DNA from: a virus
IMG/VR virus record: IMGVR_UViG_3300027499_000007
Length of the DNA stretch: 64,000 bases
Reading direction: 5' to 3' (one strand)
The notes below the pieces were generated by a model. It was not told the origin of the DNA. It saw only the letters and a list, made by a program, of their open reading frames with translations, and did no database searches. Shown one piece after another: positions 53,914 to 63,758 of the stretch (positions within the stretch are counted from its first letter, which is position 1; each line of letters begins with the position of its first letter). Made by a program: the position numbers and the translations under genes.

Positions 53914-54287
53914 ACGATAATGTAAAGAACTTAGTAAAGCGAGCAGGATTTATCTTGTGGGAGGATGAAGAATGGAATCCAGGTGATGTAGTTGATTGGG
54001 GTAGTCGCTACGACAATGAACTCCTAGAGTATACTCGCCTACTTGTAAAAGAAGTGCTAGAGCTACAAGCCGCGGGAACCGATGTACCCGCACACTTTGG
54101 CATTACTGAAACAGACGGCAAGGAGTCAATTGAAGTTGACTTTGACGACGAAGAGTTGCTCACCTACATGAAGATTGCACACGAGCGAGACATTACTTTT
54201 AACAAGTTCATTGAACTGGCTCTACGTAAAGCTATTGAAGAACACGATTTAAAGGAAAAGAACAATGAAAGCCCAGAAGCCAGCTGA
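53910..54287 (+). CDS. HFG-family domain plus C-terminal RHH-like segment
   Basis: AHFGITE...IAHERDITFNKFIELAL. Confidence 0.65.
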   Translation: MNDNVKNLVKRAGFILWEDEEWNPGDVVDWGSRYDNELLEYTRLLVKEVLELQAAGTDVPAHFGITETDGKESIEVDFDDEELLTYMKIAHERDITFNKFIELALRKAIEEHDLKEKNNESPEAS

Positions 54288-54609
54288 AGGTATTATGCTA
54301 TCTAAAGAATGGGTTGGTGCCAAGATTCATCACATTGAATGTGATTGCACTGACCCAGACCATGCAGTAGAAATGTGGATTGAAACCGAAGCTGATGAAG
54401 ATTTGAATGATACGGTTTCAATTACTTTTTATGTAAAGACCACTAATCAATATTGGCCTGATGGTTATAGTCGCATTCGTGCCGCTTGGGATATTCTCAC
54501 TAAAGGTGTACACATTCAAAGCAATAACTTGCTGTTGAGCAAACAAGCGGCACTTAACTTTGCAGAAACAATCAAGACCACAGTAAAAGAGTTGACAATA
54601 TCTAAATAA
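54265..54609 (+). CDS. hypothetical protein
   Basis: CDCTDPDH motif. Confidence 0.7.
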   Translation: MKAQKPAEGIMLSKEWVGAKIHHIECDCTDPDHAVEMWIETEADEDLNDTVSITFYVKTTNQYWPDGYSRIRAAWDILTKGVHIQSNNLLLSKQAALNFAETIKTTVKELTISK

Positions 54610-54625
54610 TTTGCTATAATATAGC

Positions 54626-55114
54626 ATGGCTGGTAATAACGGATTTCATGTGAAAAAGATTTACTACGAAAAGGTTGGTCGTCGATATATCCCTGTAAGT
54701 GAATATGACAACGAGCTACTGGACAGTTTTCCAAAAGGTAACCATTTAGTAATGTGTTATCCGGGCGGCACCAGTCGCAGATTTAATATTGATCCTAACT
54801 ATGCGGCTATGATTGCCGCTGGCCGTGTAGCCGAAGAGGCTATGTGTAAGGCAATGAACAAAGCTAGCGAGCTACGACCTGCTAAGACACCTATTACTCC
54901 CGCACAACAGGCAGCATGGAAGAAACTTGCAGAAGCGTTTGGTGATGAGCTTGCTACACTACACGGTTCGAGCATCAACGATATTGCACAAGCAGGTGTT
55001 AATGTTATGATGGAAGAAGCAGATAAGCTAATGCAGAATCCAAACGTGCGTGAAGCGTTTGACCACTTTATTGTAGTATGTAAACTTACAAAGGAACAAA
55101 CAAATGAAAGTTAA
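54626..55114 (+). CDS. hypothetical protein
   Basis: Promoter upstream; YYEKVGRRY motif. Confidence 0.7.
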   Translation: MAGNNGFHVKKIYYEKVGRRYIPVSEYDNELLDSFPKGNHLVMCYPGGTSRRFNIDPNYAAMIAAGRVAEEAMCKAMNKASELRPAKTPITPAQQAAWKKLAEAFGDELATLHGSSINDIAQAGVNVMMEEADKLMQNPNVREAFDHFIVVCKLTKEQTNES

Positions 55115-55847
55115 TGTAGGCCCATATACAAGATGGTTTGGACCATATCAGCTAGCAGAAAAACTATGCTTCTGGGCCAAGCCCGTCAAAGACGATTGGG
55201 GCATCGAAAGCAATCCAGATTGGGTTCACAACTTTGGTGAATGGCTTGCACATGGTAGTGTGCTACCTGATCCTACACCGGAGAACCCTTTTAGTCAACG
55301 AGACGATCGCCCAAACACTTGGCTTTACAAGTTTCTCCTGTGGGTTGAAAGTAAAAAGAAACGTAAGTTACAAGTACGCATTGATCCTTGGGATACCTGG
55401 GGTATGGATCATACTCTAGCATATATCGTTTTGCCTATGCTGGAGCAACTGCAAAAGACCAAGCATGGTTCACCTTTTGTAGATGACAAGGATGTACCTA
55501 AAGAATTGCGTAGCACTAGCGCACCAGCACTCAGCGAAAAAGATAAGGACTGTGGTGCTGTAGATGACTTGCACTTCAAACGCTGGGAGTGGGTACTAGA
55601 CGAAATGATCTTTGCCTTCCGCAGTAAGGTAGATGACAACTGGCAAGATCAGTTTACAAGTGGTGAACCTGATTGGGGTAGCAAGGTAACTGAATTTGAT
55701 GAGAATGGCAAGCCTAAGCTGTATCAACTTGTTAAAGGCCCTAACGACACGTACAAGATTGATATGAAAGGTATGCAAGCATACCAGAAGCGTATCAGTA
55801 ATGGCTTTAGACTTTTTGGCAAGTACTACGAAAATCTTTGGGATTAA
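55104..55847 (+). CDS. hypothetical protein
   Basis: DTWGMDHTLA...GFRLFGKYYENLWD. Confidence 0.8.
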   Translation: MKVNVGPYTRWFGPYQLAEKLCFWAKPVKDDWGIESNPDWVHNFGEWLAHGSVLPDPTPENPFSQRDDRPNTWLYKFLLWVESKKKRKLQVRIDPWDTWGMDHTLAYIVLPMLEQLQKTKHGSPFVDDKDVPKELRSTSAPALSEKDKDCGAVDDLHFKRWEWVLDEMIFAFRSKVDDNWQDQFTSGEPDWGSKVTEFDENGKPKLYQLVKGPNDTYKIDMKGMQAYQKRISNGFRLFGKYYENLWD

Positions 55848-55864
55848 TTTAAAAGGAGATATAA

Positions 55865-56092
55865 ATGGCAACAGCAAGTGTAATAGCAAATAAACTTCGA
55901 CCCGAAGTTGAGTTTGATCCCTCTAACCCAGAGCATCGACGCCTATACGGTTTGTTCTTAAAGAATCATAGTTGGCGCCATTCTCCAATTCGATTTATTA
56001 CACGGCCGAGCTACGGGATCGACAAAGGTGTAATCGATCGTAAACTGTTAGAGTATTACACTAAGGCTGAATTTTCTAGCAGCCATGAATAG
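55865..56092 (+). CDS. hypothetical protein
   Basis: RBS aaggag. Confidence 0.7.
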   Translation: MATASVIANKLRPEVEFDPSNPEHRRLYGLFLKNHSWRHSPIRFITRPSYGIDKGVIDRKLLEYYTKAEFSSSHE

Positions 56093-56139
56093 TAACACCA
56101 CATACTGTTTGCTTGTAAATAGAGCTGATAGGATAACAT

Positions 56140-56361
56140 ATGGCTGTTAAGAGTACAACACAAATGACTAAAAATGAGCTTATTAATTTCTTGCGAGAGA
56201 AAGATAAGATCATCGCTGATCTTAACGCTAGGATTGATGATCTAGAAAGTTTGGCTATCACTAGTCAAGCTATTCCTTTAGACACAGATAGCAGTCGATT
56301 ACTCACATTAATGAATCAACGCATTAAAGCATTAGAAGAACAGATAAATGCAAACAAGTAA
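56140..56361 (+). CDS. coiled-coil hypothetical protein
   Basis: Heptad pattern. Confidence 0.65.
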   Translation: MAVKSTTQMTKNELINFLREKDKIIADLNARIDDLESLAITSQAIPLDTDSSRLLTLMNQRIKALEEQINANK

Positions 56362-56737
56362 AGTTTTTGTTTACGGCACTCTCAAGAAGGGAGATAGCTG
56401 TCGAGGCCTTGATCGTTGGGCAACTGGAGTACAGTTTATAGGTCCCGCAGTTACATCGAGCTCTTCATTTAGTCTATACGATCTAGGTGCATTTCCTGCG
56501 ACAACACTTAACGGCAATTCACATATTTCGGGAGAAGTATGGATCGTTGATCAAGATACTATGCATGACCTAGATCGCATCGAAGGCTATCCTGCATTTT
56601 ATAAAAGAACTCAAGTAGATACAACACAGGGCCGAGCCTGGATGTATTTTATTCCCGACATTGAAAACTATCAAGCAGAATTAATTAAACCTAACACTAA
56701 CAACACAGTATCATGGAGAGCATATGAGCCAAGTTGA
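56348..56737 (+). CDS. gamma-glutamylcyclotransferase (AIG2-like)
   Basis: VFVYGTLKKG, GEVW, DRIEGYP. Confidence 0.88.
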   Translation: MQTSKVFVYGTLKKGDSCRGLDRWATGVQFIGPAVTSSSSFSLYDLGAFPATTLNGNSHISGEVWIVDQDTMHDLDRIEGYPAFYKRTQVDTTQGRAWMYFIPDIENYQAELIKPNTNNTVSWRAYEPS

Positions 56738-57140
56738 TTTAAACAGGTACATGAAATTTGTACAAGCAGTAACCAGTAAAGAATCTGATAATTACGATTA
56801 CTTGCACAAACGTATTGAAGAACTACGCAATCAAGAATCACCGGTATTCAATCCAGCCTTGCTAATGACCGCGGTTATTGGCCTAGGCAGTGAAGGAGGT
56901 GAGTTACAGGAAATTGTTAAAAAGATTCTGTTCCAAGGTAAGCCCATTGATGATGACACTGTGTTCCATATGAAGCGTGAACTAGGAGACATCATGTGGT
57001 ATTGGGTTAATGCTTGCCGTGCGTTGAATTTAGACCCAAATGATGTTATCGCAGAAAATGTTCGCAAACTAGAAGCACGTTATCCAGGTGGACAGTTTGA
57101 TGTACACTACAGCGAGAATCGAAAAGCCGGCGATCTGTAA
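56724..57140 (+). CDS. MazG-like nucleotide pyrophosphohydrolase
   Basis: EGGELQEIVKK, RELGDIMWY, NVRKLEARYP. Confidence 0.9.
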   Translation: MSQVDLNRYMKFVQAVTSKESDNYDYLHKRIEELRNQESPVFNPALLMTAVIGLGSEGGELQEIVKKILFQGKPIDDDTVFHMKRELGDIMWYWVNACRALNLDPNDVIAENVRKLEARYPGGQFDVHYSENRKAGDL

Positions 57141-57142
57141 AA

Positions 57143-57517
57143 ATGGAAACAATGCTTTTACTTATAACCTTGTTATTAGTTAAGCATGCCATTGCAGATT
57201 TCTTTCTGCAACGGGCTTTCATGTTTAAAGACAAACATGTGTATGCTGGCCCTGGTGGCATCTCTCACGCCAGCATACACGGATTTTTAACATTCCTTGC
57301 TGTTGTTATCTGCTTACCGAACTTATGGTTATTTGCTATCTTGTTTGGTTTGTTTGATGCAGTAGCACATTATCACATTGATTACGTTAAGAGCAGTTGG
57401 AATGTTAAGACGCAGGCCGCACCCAGTGAAACAAGATACTGGTATGCATTTGGTTTGGATCAAATGGCACATTCCTTAACGTATGTGTTAATTGTTTATA
57501 TTATTTTCTTAAGGTAA
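57143..57517 (+). CDS. DUF3307-family membrane protein
   Basis: HAIADFFLQ, HASIH, HYHIDYVK, LDQMAH. Confidence 0.8.
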   Translation: METMLLLITLLLVKHAIADFFLQRAFMFKDKHVYAGPGGISHASIHGFLTFLAVVICLPNLWLFAILFGLFDAVAHYHIDYVKSSWNVKTQAAPSETRYWYAFGLDQMAHSLTYVLIVYIIFLR

Positions 57518-57521
57518 AACC

Positions 57522-58313
57522 ATGAAACGTATTTTATTATGCGGACTGCCAGGCTCCGGTAAAACAACTCTGGCCAAGCGACTAGTTGAAACACTAGGCA
57601 ATGCTGATTGGTATAATGCTGACAGTGTACGAGAACAGTTTGACGATTGGGATTTTAGTCCCGAGGGACGAGCTCGACAAATGAAGCGTATGCAGGACTT
57701 TACTAGAAAGAGTGTAGCCAAAGGTCGTTATGGTATTGCAGACTTTGTTTGTCCGACTCAAGCACTACGCGATGAGTTCAGAGGCGACTATGTTATCTGG
57801 ATGAACACTATTAAGGAAGGACGCTTTGAAGATACAAACCAAATGTTTGAAGCACCTGTTGATGTTGATATGGAAATTGCCGCAGACGAATGGTGGACTG
57901 ATGAATGGGTAGAACACTGGGCTCGACTGCTAGCTGTTGACATCAAGGATCATGAATTCCAAACCAAACTACCAACCACACAGATGCTAGGTCGTTTCCA
58001 ACCATTCCATCCAGGACATCGTGCGCTGTTTGAGCGAGCTCTAGCCAAGCATGGACAAGTTGCTATTCTAATCCGTGACATGCCCATCACAGAAAGCAAC
58101 CCTTGGCAACAAGATGATATTGCTACAAACATTGAAAAAGAATTATACGAGTACGCAGGTAAGTTTAGAATCTATCCAGTACCTAACATCATGAACATTA
58201 CATATGGACGCGATGTAGGTTATAAGATTGAGCAAGAAGTATTCGACGACACTATTCACAACATCAGTGCTACAAAGATTCGTGAACAGATGAGGAAAGA
58301 AGGTAAACTTTGA
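57522..58313 (+). CDS. APS-kinase-like P-loop kinase fused to HxGH nucleotidyltransferase
   Basis: GLPGSGKTT, NADSVR, FEAP; C-terminal GRFQPFHPGH and ISATKIR. Confidence 0.75.
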   Translation: MKRILLCGLPGSGKTTLAKRLVETLGNADWYNADSVREQFDDWDFSPEGRARQMKRMQDFTRKSVAKGRYGIADFVCPTQALRDEFRGDYVIWMNTIKEGRFEDTNQMFEAPVDVDMEIAADEWWTDEWVEHWARLLAVDIKDHEFQTKLPTTQMLGRFQPFHPGHRALFERALAKHGQVAILIRDMPITESNPWQQDDIATNIEKELYEYAGKFRIYPVPNIMNITYGRDVGYKIEQEVFDDTIHNISATKIREQMRKEGKL

Positions 58314-58513
58314 ATGATTCGTCAAAACGTAGTCTTGCAAAAACGCTCAGCTGGCGTATAACAGGCAGTGCATCTACATTTACTATTACATATCTTGTTA
58401 CAGGCAGTGCAGGCATAAGCACCGGCGTTGCTGTAATACAGATGATTGCTAACACATTTTTATATTGGTTTCACGAACGACTATGGAATAAAATTAATTG
58501 GGGCCGCGAATAA
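58310..58513 (+). CDS. DUF2061-family membrane protein
   Basis: SKRSLAKTLSWR...YWFHERLW. Confidence 0.8.
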   Translation: MNDSSKRSLAKTLSWRITGSASTFTITYLVTGSAGISTGVAVIQMIANTFLYWFHERLWNKINWGRE

Positions 58514-58578
58514 CAGTTGACAAACTGTTCTAACTAGCATATACTTAATTTATAAATCTTACAATAAGGATCATCACT

Positions 58579-58779
58579 ATGGCTAAAGTAACTAAAATTT
58601 CAGATAAACTTTCAAAGGTAAACGACAACTTTACCGTTAACATGTACGACAACGGATACATGCTAGAGATTGGCGGACGTAACAAAGACGACGATTGGGC
58701 AACTGCTAAGATTATGTGCAACTCAGCAGACGAACTAGTAGCTCTTATCAATGAAGCATCTGCCATGGAGCGCGAATAA
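58579..58779 (+). CDS. hypothetical protein
   Basis: YDNGYMLEIGGR motif; promoter upstream. Confidence 0.7.
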   Translation: MAKVTKISDKLSKVNDNFTVNMYDNGYMLEIGGRNKDDDWATAKIMCNSADELVALINEASAMERE

Positions 58780-58780
58780 G

Positions 58781-59203
58781 ATGGCTGTGTGGGCATTGGC
58801 TCCTGCCTACAAAAAGAGCATCCAAGAAATCGAATTTTGGACCAAGGATGGGAAAGTAATTCAATACAGTGTCTGGTGGCGCGGCGGTAATGTCAATCTT
58901 ACTACCGCCACTGATGAAGCACCTGAAATCGATCTAGAGAACGACGATGCTGACGGATTGGATGTGTATTCCCTAGCAGACGGTGAAACTATTTTAGACG
59001 TAGAAATGGATAGCTTTTGGGACGGTGACAGTACCGAATGGCTAGCGGTTTCTCCCGATGTAACAGAAGAAGAGCTACAGGAAGTCATTGATGCCTGGGA
59101 AGAAGAGTGGAGCGAAGGCGTAGAAAATCTTGGTTGGGAACTTGATGATAACGAAGTATATTTCCACGGCGAACTAACGCTAGAGCGAATCAAAGAAAAT
59201 TAA
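58781..59203 (+). CDS. acidic hypothetical protein
   Basis: Very Asp/Glu/Trp-rich. Confidence 0.7.
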   Translation: MAVWALAPAYKKSIQEIEFWTKDGKVIQYSVWWRGGNVNLTTATDEAPEIDLENDDADGLDVYSLADGETILDVEMDSFWDGDSTEWLAVSPDVTEEELQEVIDAWEEEWSEGVENLGWELDDNEVYFHGELTLERIKEN

Positions 59204-59206
59204 TAT

Positions 59207-60265
59207 ATGCGAATTGAACGAGACGTAAAACTCGATTATAGTGATGTGCTGTTTCGCCCTAAGCGTAGCACAATGGGCAGTAGAAGTGAAGTTGACTTAA
59301 AGAGAACTTATACATTTAGGAACAGCCAACAAACCTATACAGGCATCCCCATCATGGCTGCTAATATGGATGGTGTTGGTACTTTTGATATGAGTTTGGC
59401 ATTGGCAAAGCAGGGCTTGTTTACATGCTTGGCTAAGAGTTATCAACCAGCTGATATTCACGAATGGCTTAATACTAGTGAATATAAAGATGACCTAGTA
59501 AAAGCTATTGCAGTTAGTACAGGCATTACTGATGTTGATAGCGAACGTATTGAAGCTACACTTAAGTTTAGTCGCAGTATCAAATACGTTTGTATCGATG
59601 TTGCTAATGGCTATAGCGAAAAGTTTATCGACTATGTAGCACGTTTTAGAGAACGTTTCCCGCACGTAACTATTATTGCAGGCAACGTAGTAACGCCTGA
59701 CGTAACAGAGGAGTTAATTTTACGTGGAGCAGATATTATTAAAGTGGGCATTGGCCCAGGCAGTGTTTGCACTACTCGCATTAAGACTGGCGTGGGTTAC
59801 CCGCAGTTGTCCGCGGTCATCGAATGTGCGGATGCTGCACACGGTCTTGGTGGGCATATCATTGCTGACGGCGGGTGTACTTGCCCTGGCGATGTTGCCA
59901 AGGCTTTTGGAGCAGGCGCCGATTTTGTCATGCTTGGAGGAATGCTCGCTGGATGTGATGAAGGTGGAGGAGAAGTTGACCCCAGCGACAACACAATCAC
60001 CTTCTACGGAATGAGTTCTACTGCGGCACAGGACAAACACGGCGGCCGCAAGACTTACAGGGCCAGTGAAGGGCGTGTAGCTAATATTCCTTATCGCGGC
60101 ACGGTTGAGCCTGTGGTTCAAGATATCCTTGGTGGTGTACGTAGTACGTGTACATATGTAGGTGCTAAAAGTTTGAAAGAATTAAGCAAGCGTACAACCT
60201 TTATACAGGTTAATAACGGGAAACAATTTAACACAGTATACGAAAGCAGTACTGTAGGTAGCTAA
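59207..60265 (+). CDS. guaC: GMP reductase
   Basis: [34 protein letters not shown]. Confidence 0.95.
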   Translation: MRIERDVKLDYSDVLFRPKRSTMGSRSEVDLKRTYTFRNSQQTYTGIPIMAANMDGVGTFDMSLALAKQGLFTCLAKSYQPADIHEWLNTSEYKDDLVKAIAVSTGITDVDSERIEATLKFSRSIKYVCIDVANGYSEKFIDYVARFRERFPHVTIIAGNVVTPDVTEELILRGADIIKVGIGPGSVCTTRIKTGVGYPQLSAVIECADAAHGLGGHIIADGGCTCPGDVAKAFGAGADFVMLGGMLAGCDEGGGEVDPSDNTITFYGMSSTAAQDKHGGRKTYRASEGRVANIPYRGTVEPVVQDILGGVRSTCTYVGAKSLKELSKRTTFIQVNNGKQFNTVYESSTVGS

Positions 60266-60266
60266 A

Positions 60267-61187
60267 ATGAACACAATAGATAAAATTTTTAAGTACAATA
60301 GAAGTCCTGTTATTTCTGATTTCTTTAAAGAAAAACTAAATGAACTAATTGGTTTTGGGACCTATCATAACGAAATAGAAAAGGTTCGTGACGGTATTGT
60401 TCAAGAGCTAGTTAACTACAGAGAAAAATATAAAATTACAAATGTAGTTATTGGTATGAGCGGAGGCCTCGATAGCGCACTAACAGCAAGTCTGTACAAA
60501 GCCGCTGGTTATCATGTTATTGGTGTTACACTGCCTATCCATCAGAATCCAGACGAAACTGCTCGAGGTATTGAAGCAATTAAAGCATTGAGCTTAGACC
60601 ATAAGCATATTGATTTAACACAGGCGTATGATAACTTAGTTGGGTTTTATCAAACAGACAATGCTGACCTCACAGACAACGATAAACCTACACTAATGCG
60701 TAAAGGTAATATCAGAGCTCGCCTACGTATGATTACACTATATAATCTTGCAGGTAGGTATAAGGGCTTTGTTGCTAGCACCGATAACTTCAGTGAACTC
60801 GCCGCAGGCTTTTGGACGCTACATGGTGATGTAGGTGATGTTGCTCCTATCCAGAGCTTAACAAAAAGCTGGGAAGTACCTGCTATGGCAGAGTTACAGG
60901 GCGTACCGCAGAGTACTGTTTATGCTGTACCTACAGACGGCTTAGGTATTGCTAATGGTGATGAAGATCAATTTGGGTTCAGCTACTTAGAGTTTGATAT
61001 TGCTGTGTTTACTCTTATTAAAGGATTAAGCCTAGCAAATGCTAATGAGCAGGATATCCAAATTATTAATAGTGTTAAGCATCGTATTAAAGGATCTGCG
61101 TTTAAACGTGCGAATCCTTATAACTTATTTCATCCGTTGTTCGGCGCTAGATTTGATGAGCTCAGAATGCTTGATGAAACATTATAA
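60267..61187 (+). CDS. nadE: NH3-dependent NAD+ synthetase
   Basis: GMSGGLDS, GNIRARLRM, STDNFSE, HGD, PTDGL. Confidence 0.88.
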   Translation: MNTIDKIFKYNRSPVISDFFKEKLNELIGFGTYHNEIEKVRDGIVQELVNYREKYKITNVVIGMSGGLDSALTASLYKAAGYHVIGVTLPIHQNPDETARGIEAIKALSLDHKHIDLTQAYDNLVGFYQTDNADLTDNDKPTLMRKGNIRARLRMITLYNLAGRYKGFVASTDNFSELAAGFWTLHGDVGDVAPIQSLTKSWEVPAMAELQGVPQSTVYAVPTDGLGIANGDEDQFGFSYLEFDIAVFTLIKGLSLANANEQDIQIINSVKHRIKGSAFKRANPYNLFHPLFGARFDELRMLDETL

Positions 61188-61236
61188 CTATCATATAAAT
61201 AACGTGTGTAATACACATTCATAACAGGAGACTAAA

Positions 61237-61551
61237 ATGGGTATCGAACTTTTAATCGCAATAGTTGTACTTGGCGGCGTTGCTGTATGGTACTTCAATA
61301 GAGGTGCTAAGTCATTGGACCTAAACAGTGATGGTAAGACTGATGTTGCTGATGCTAAGGTTGCAGTTGAAAACGCAGTTACTGGCGTAAAAGCTGTTGC
61401 TGATGTTAACAATGACGGCAAGCTAGATTCAGCTGATGTTAAGGTTGTTGCTGAAAAGGCTAAGAAGACTGCTAAGAAGGCAGTTGGTAAGGCTAAGGCT
61501 GCTACAGCTAAGGCTACTACAGCTAAGAAGCCAAGACCTAAAAAGCAGTAA
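61237..61551 (+). CDS. membrane-anchored protein with two EF-hand/dockerin-like loops and Lys/Ala tail
   Basis: DLNSDGKTDVAD and DVNNDGKLDSAD; TATAAATA at 61194. Confidence 0.7.
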   Translation: MGIELLIAIVVLGGVAVWYFNRGAKSLDLNSDGKTDVADAKVAVENAVTGVKAVADVNNDGKLDSADVKVVAEKAKKTAKKAVGKAKAATAKATTAKKPRPKKQ

Positions 61552-61560
61552 GTAACTTCT

Positions 61561-62307
61561 GTGTTTTTTGCGTTTGACGTAGACGGCACATTAACGCCGA
61601 GTAGGCAACGAATTGACCCAAATTTTGAGCAGTGGTTCATTGAATGGATGAGCATTGTTCAAGATAAGGGTCATTCTGTTCTTTTAGTCACAGGAAGTGA
61701 TTACGATAAGACAGTTGAACAGCTGGGATCAGCTATCACTGAATCTGTTGACTATTGCTGTAATTGCTTAGGTAATCATGTATTACATAAAGGGCAATTA
61801 ATCGAATCCTATACATTCGAACCAAGCAACAATCTAATTGAATTCCTAGAATCAGAACTAGCATCTAGTCCATACACAGAACGATATGGAAATCATATCG
61901 AGCATCGCGGTAGTATGATTAATTTTAGTGTAGTTGGGCGTAACGCTTTTGGTGAACAGCGCAAACGCTACTATGACTGGGATAGATTTAGTTGCGAGCG
62001 TCTAACCTTAGCAGAAAAGATTAACACCCTCTTTCCCGATGTATCTGCACAAGCAGGTGGCGAGACAGGTATAGATATTATACCTAATGGCCGCGACAAA
62101 CGGCAAGTAATCAAGTATACCGGAGATCAAAAGGTTTGGTTCTTTGGTGATAGGTTGGATGACGGCGGCAACGATAAACCTTTAGCAGATGCATTGCTAG
62201 CATCCGGTACTAACTCTGAAGCGTTCCATGTGAAGTCGTGGCATGAGACTTGGGAAATGTTACAGGATATAACTATTAACGATTTAAAGATTACAATACA
62301 TAAGTGA
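61561..62307 (+). CDS. HAD-IIB phosphomannomutase (eukaryotic PMM type)
   Basis: FDVDGTLTPSR, VTGSD, IEHRGSMINFS, FFGD..DDGGND. Confidence 0.88.
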   Translation: MFFAFDVDGTLTPSRQRIDPNFEQWFIEWMSIVQDKGHSVLLVTGSDYDKTVEQLGSAITESVDYCCNCLGNHVLHKGQLIESYTFEPSNNLIEFLESELASSPYTERYGNHIEHRGSMINFSVVGRNAFGEQRKRYYDWDRFSCERLTLAEKINTLFPDVSAQAGGETGIDIIPNGRDKRQVIKYTGDQKVWFFGDRLDDGGNDKPLADALLASGTNSEAFHVKSWHETWEMLQDITINDLKITIHK

Positions 62308-62352
62308 AAAAATAGATAAATACACTTATATAACTTATTTTAGGAGTTCACC

Positions 62353-62703
62353 ATGGGGACAGTTACATATCCAGCAGGCGCAACAACATGGAGCGTTGCT
62401 GATAGAGAAGCACAAAAAGAATTTGCCGCAAAGCTACACGGTATTGCCGTAGAAGATCTAGTTGTCGGCGTACACATTGGTCCTGAAGAATCAAATGGGA
62501 TAGGACTGCCAGAAGACTTTGAAGGTCTTCGTCCCTTCCACAAAGTTGATAATCCTGCGGATGGATGGAACAATGGTGCCAAATACGTAGTGTATTTTGA
62601 AAATGAAGCAGGTGAAGTATTCAAAGCAATTAATGCTGATCCTGCAACAATTTCTGCACTAACAGAAGGCCCAGAGTTTGAGTCGGTAATTTCTTATAAG
62701 TAA
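62353..62703 (+). CDS. late hypothetical protein
   Basis: Late promoter 62316; RBS aggag. Confidence 0.7.
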   Translation: MGTVTYPAGATTWSVADREAQKEFAAKLHGIAVEDLVVGVHIGPEESNGIGLPEDFEGLRPFHKVDNPADGWNNGAKYVVYFENEAGEVFKAINADPATISALTEGPEFESVISYK

Positions 62704-62744
62704 TTCTTGACTTTCATTAATAAAGGCATTATACTTAATGTATT

Positions 62745-63152
62745 ATGTCAACAAATACTCTAGAAACTTATATCGAAACTATAAACGATATAAAAGATTA
62801 CAGCGAATTTGTAGAGTGGATTAACTCGTTATCTAAACAGCTAACGGTTGATCCCTCTATTAGAACACCCGAACATTTTGTCTATGGTTGCCAAGTGTCT
62901 ACTTGGTTTAAGTGTTCTATTGATGATAATAAACTTTTCTTTTCCTTCGACAGTGATTCAAATTTTGCTAAAGGTGTAGTAAAAATACTACTCGATATTA
63001 TCAATGGATCAACGGCAGAAAAAATTAAAAAGTTATCATTTTATGATCTAAGACAAATTAGTCGTCACTTGCCCACAGAACGACAACGCACACTACAAAT
63101 TATCTTAAATAAAGCGCATGAACTTGCAAACACAACAGGAGAAACACAATGA
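62745..63152 (+). CDS. sufE: SufE-family sulfur acceptor
   Basis: [20 protein letters not shown]. Confidence 0.8.
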   Translation: MSTNTLETYIETINDIKDYSEFVEWINSLSKQLTVDPSIRTPEHFVYGCQVSTWFKCSIDDNKLFFSFDSDSNFAKGVVKILLDIINGSTAEKIKKLSFYDLRQISRHLPTERQRTLQIILNKAHELANTTGETQ

Positions 63153-63736
63153 ACTTTGTACCATATGTAATTGAAAAGACCAGCCAGGGTGAACGCAGCT
63201 ATGACATTTATAGCCGCTTGCTCAAAGAACGCATTGTGTTTCTCAATGGAGAAGTAAACGATGCAGTCAGTAACAGCATTTGTGCTCAGTTGCTGTTCCT
63301 AGAAGCAGAAGATCCAGATGCAGATATTAGTTTTTATATTAACAGCCCAGGCGGAGTAGTAACCTCTGGCATGGCTATGTATGACACTATGCAGTACATC
63401 AAGCCAGATGTAAGCACTATTGTTATGGGCCAGGCATGTAGTATGGGTTCGCTACTAGCACAAGCAGGTACCGCAGGTAAGCGCAAGATGCTGCCAAATG
63501 CACGTCACATGATTCACCAACCTTCGGGCGGCGCGGGCGGCCAAGCCACAGACATGGAAATCCAAGTACGCGAAATCCTAGCCATGAAGAAGAACCTCAC
63601 AGAGATTTATGTAAAGCATAACAGCCGCGGCAAGACTTTTGAGGACCTTAGCCGAGACATGGAGCGTGACTATTTTATGAGCGCAGATGAAGCACTAGCA
63701 TACGGTCTAGTGGACGAAATTATTGCTGGCCGATAA
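63149..63736 (+). CDS. clpP: Clp protease proteolytic subunit
   Basis: [32 protein letters not shown]. Confidence 0.97.
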   Translation: MNFVPYVIEKTSQGERSYDIYSRLLKERIVFLNGEVNDAVSNSICAQLLFLEAEDPDADISFYINSPGGVVTSGMAMYDTMQYIKPDVSTIVMGQACSMGSLLAQAGTAGKRKMLPNARHMIHQPSGGAGGQATDMEIQVREILAMKKNLTEIYVKHNSRGKTFEDLSRDMERDYFMSADEALAYGLVDEIIAGR

Positions 63737-63758
63737 AGGTTTATAGTTAAATAGTGTT

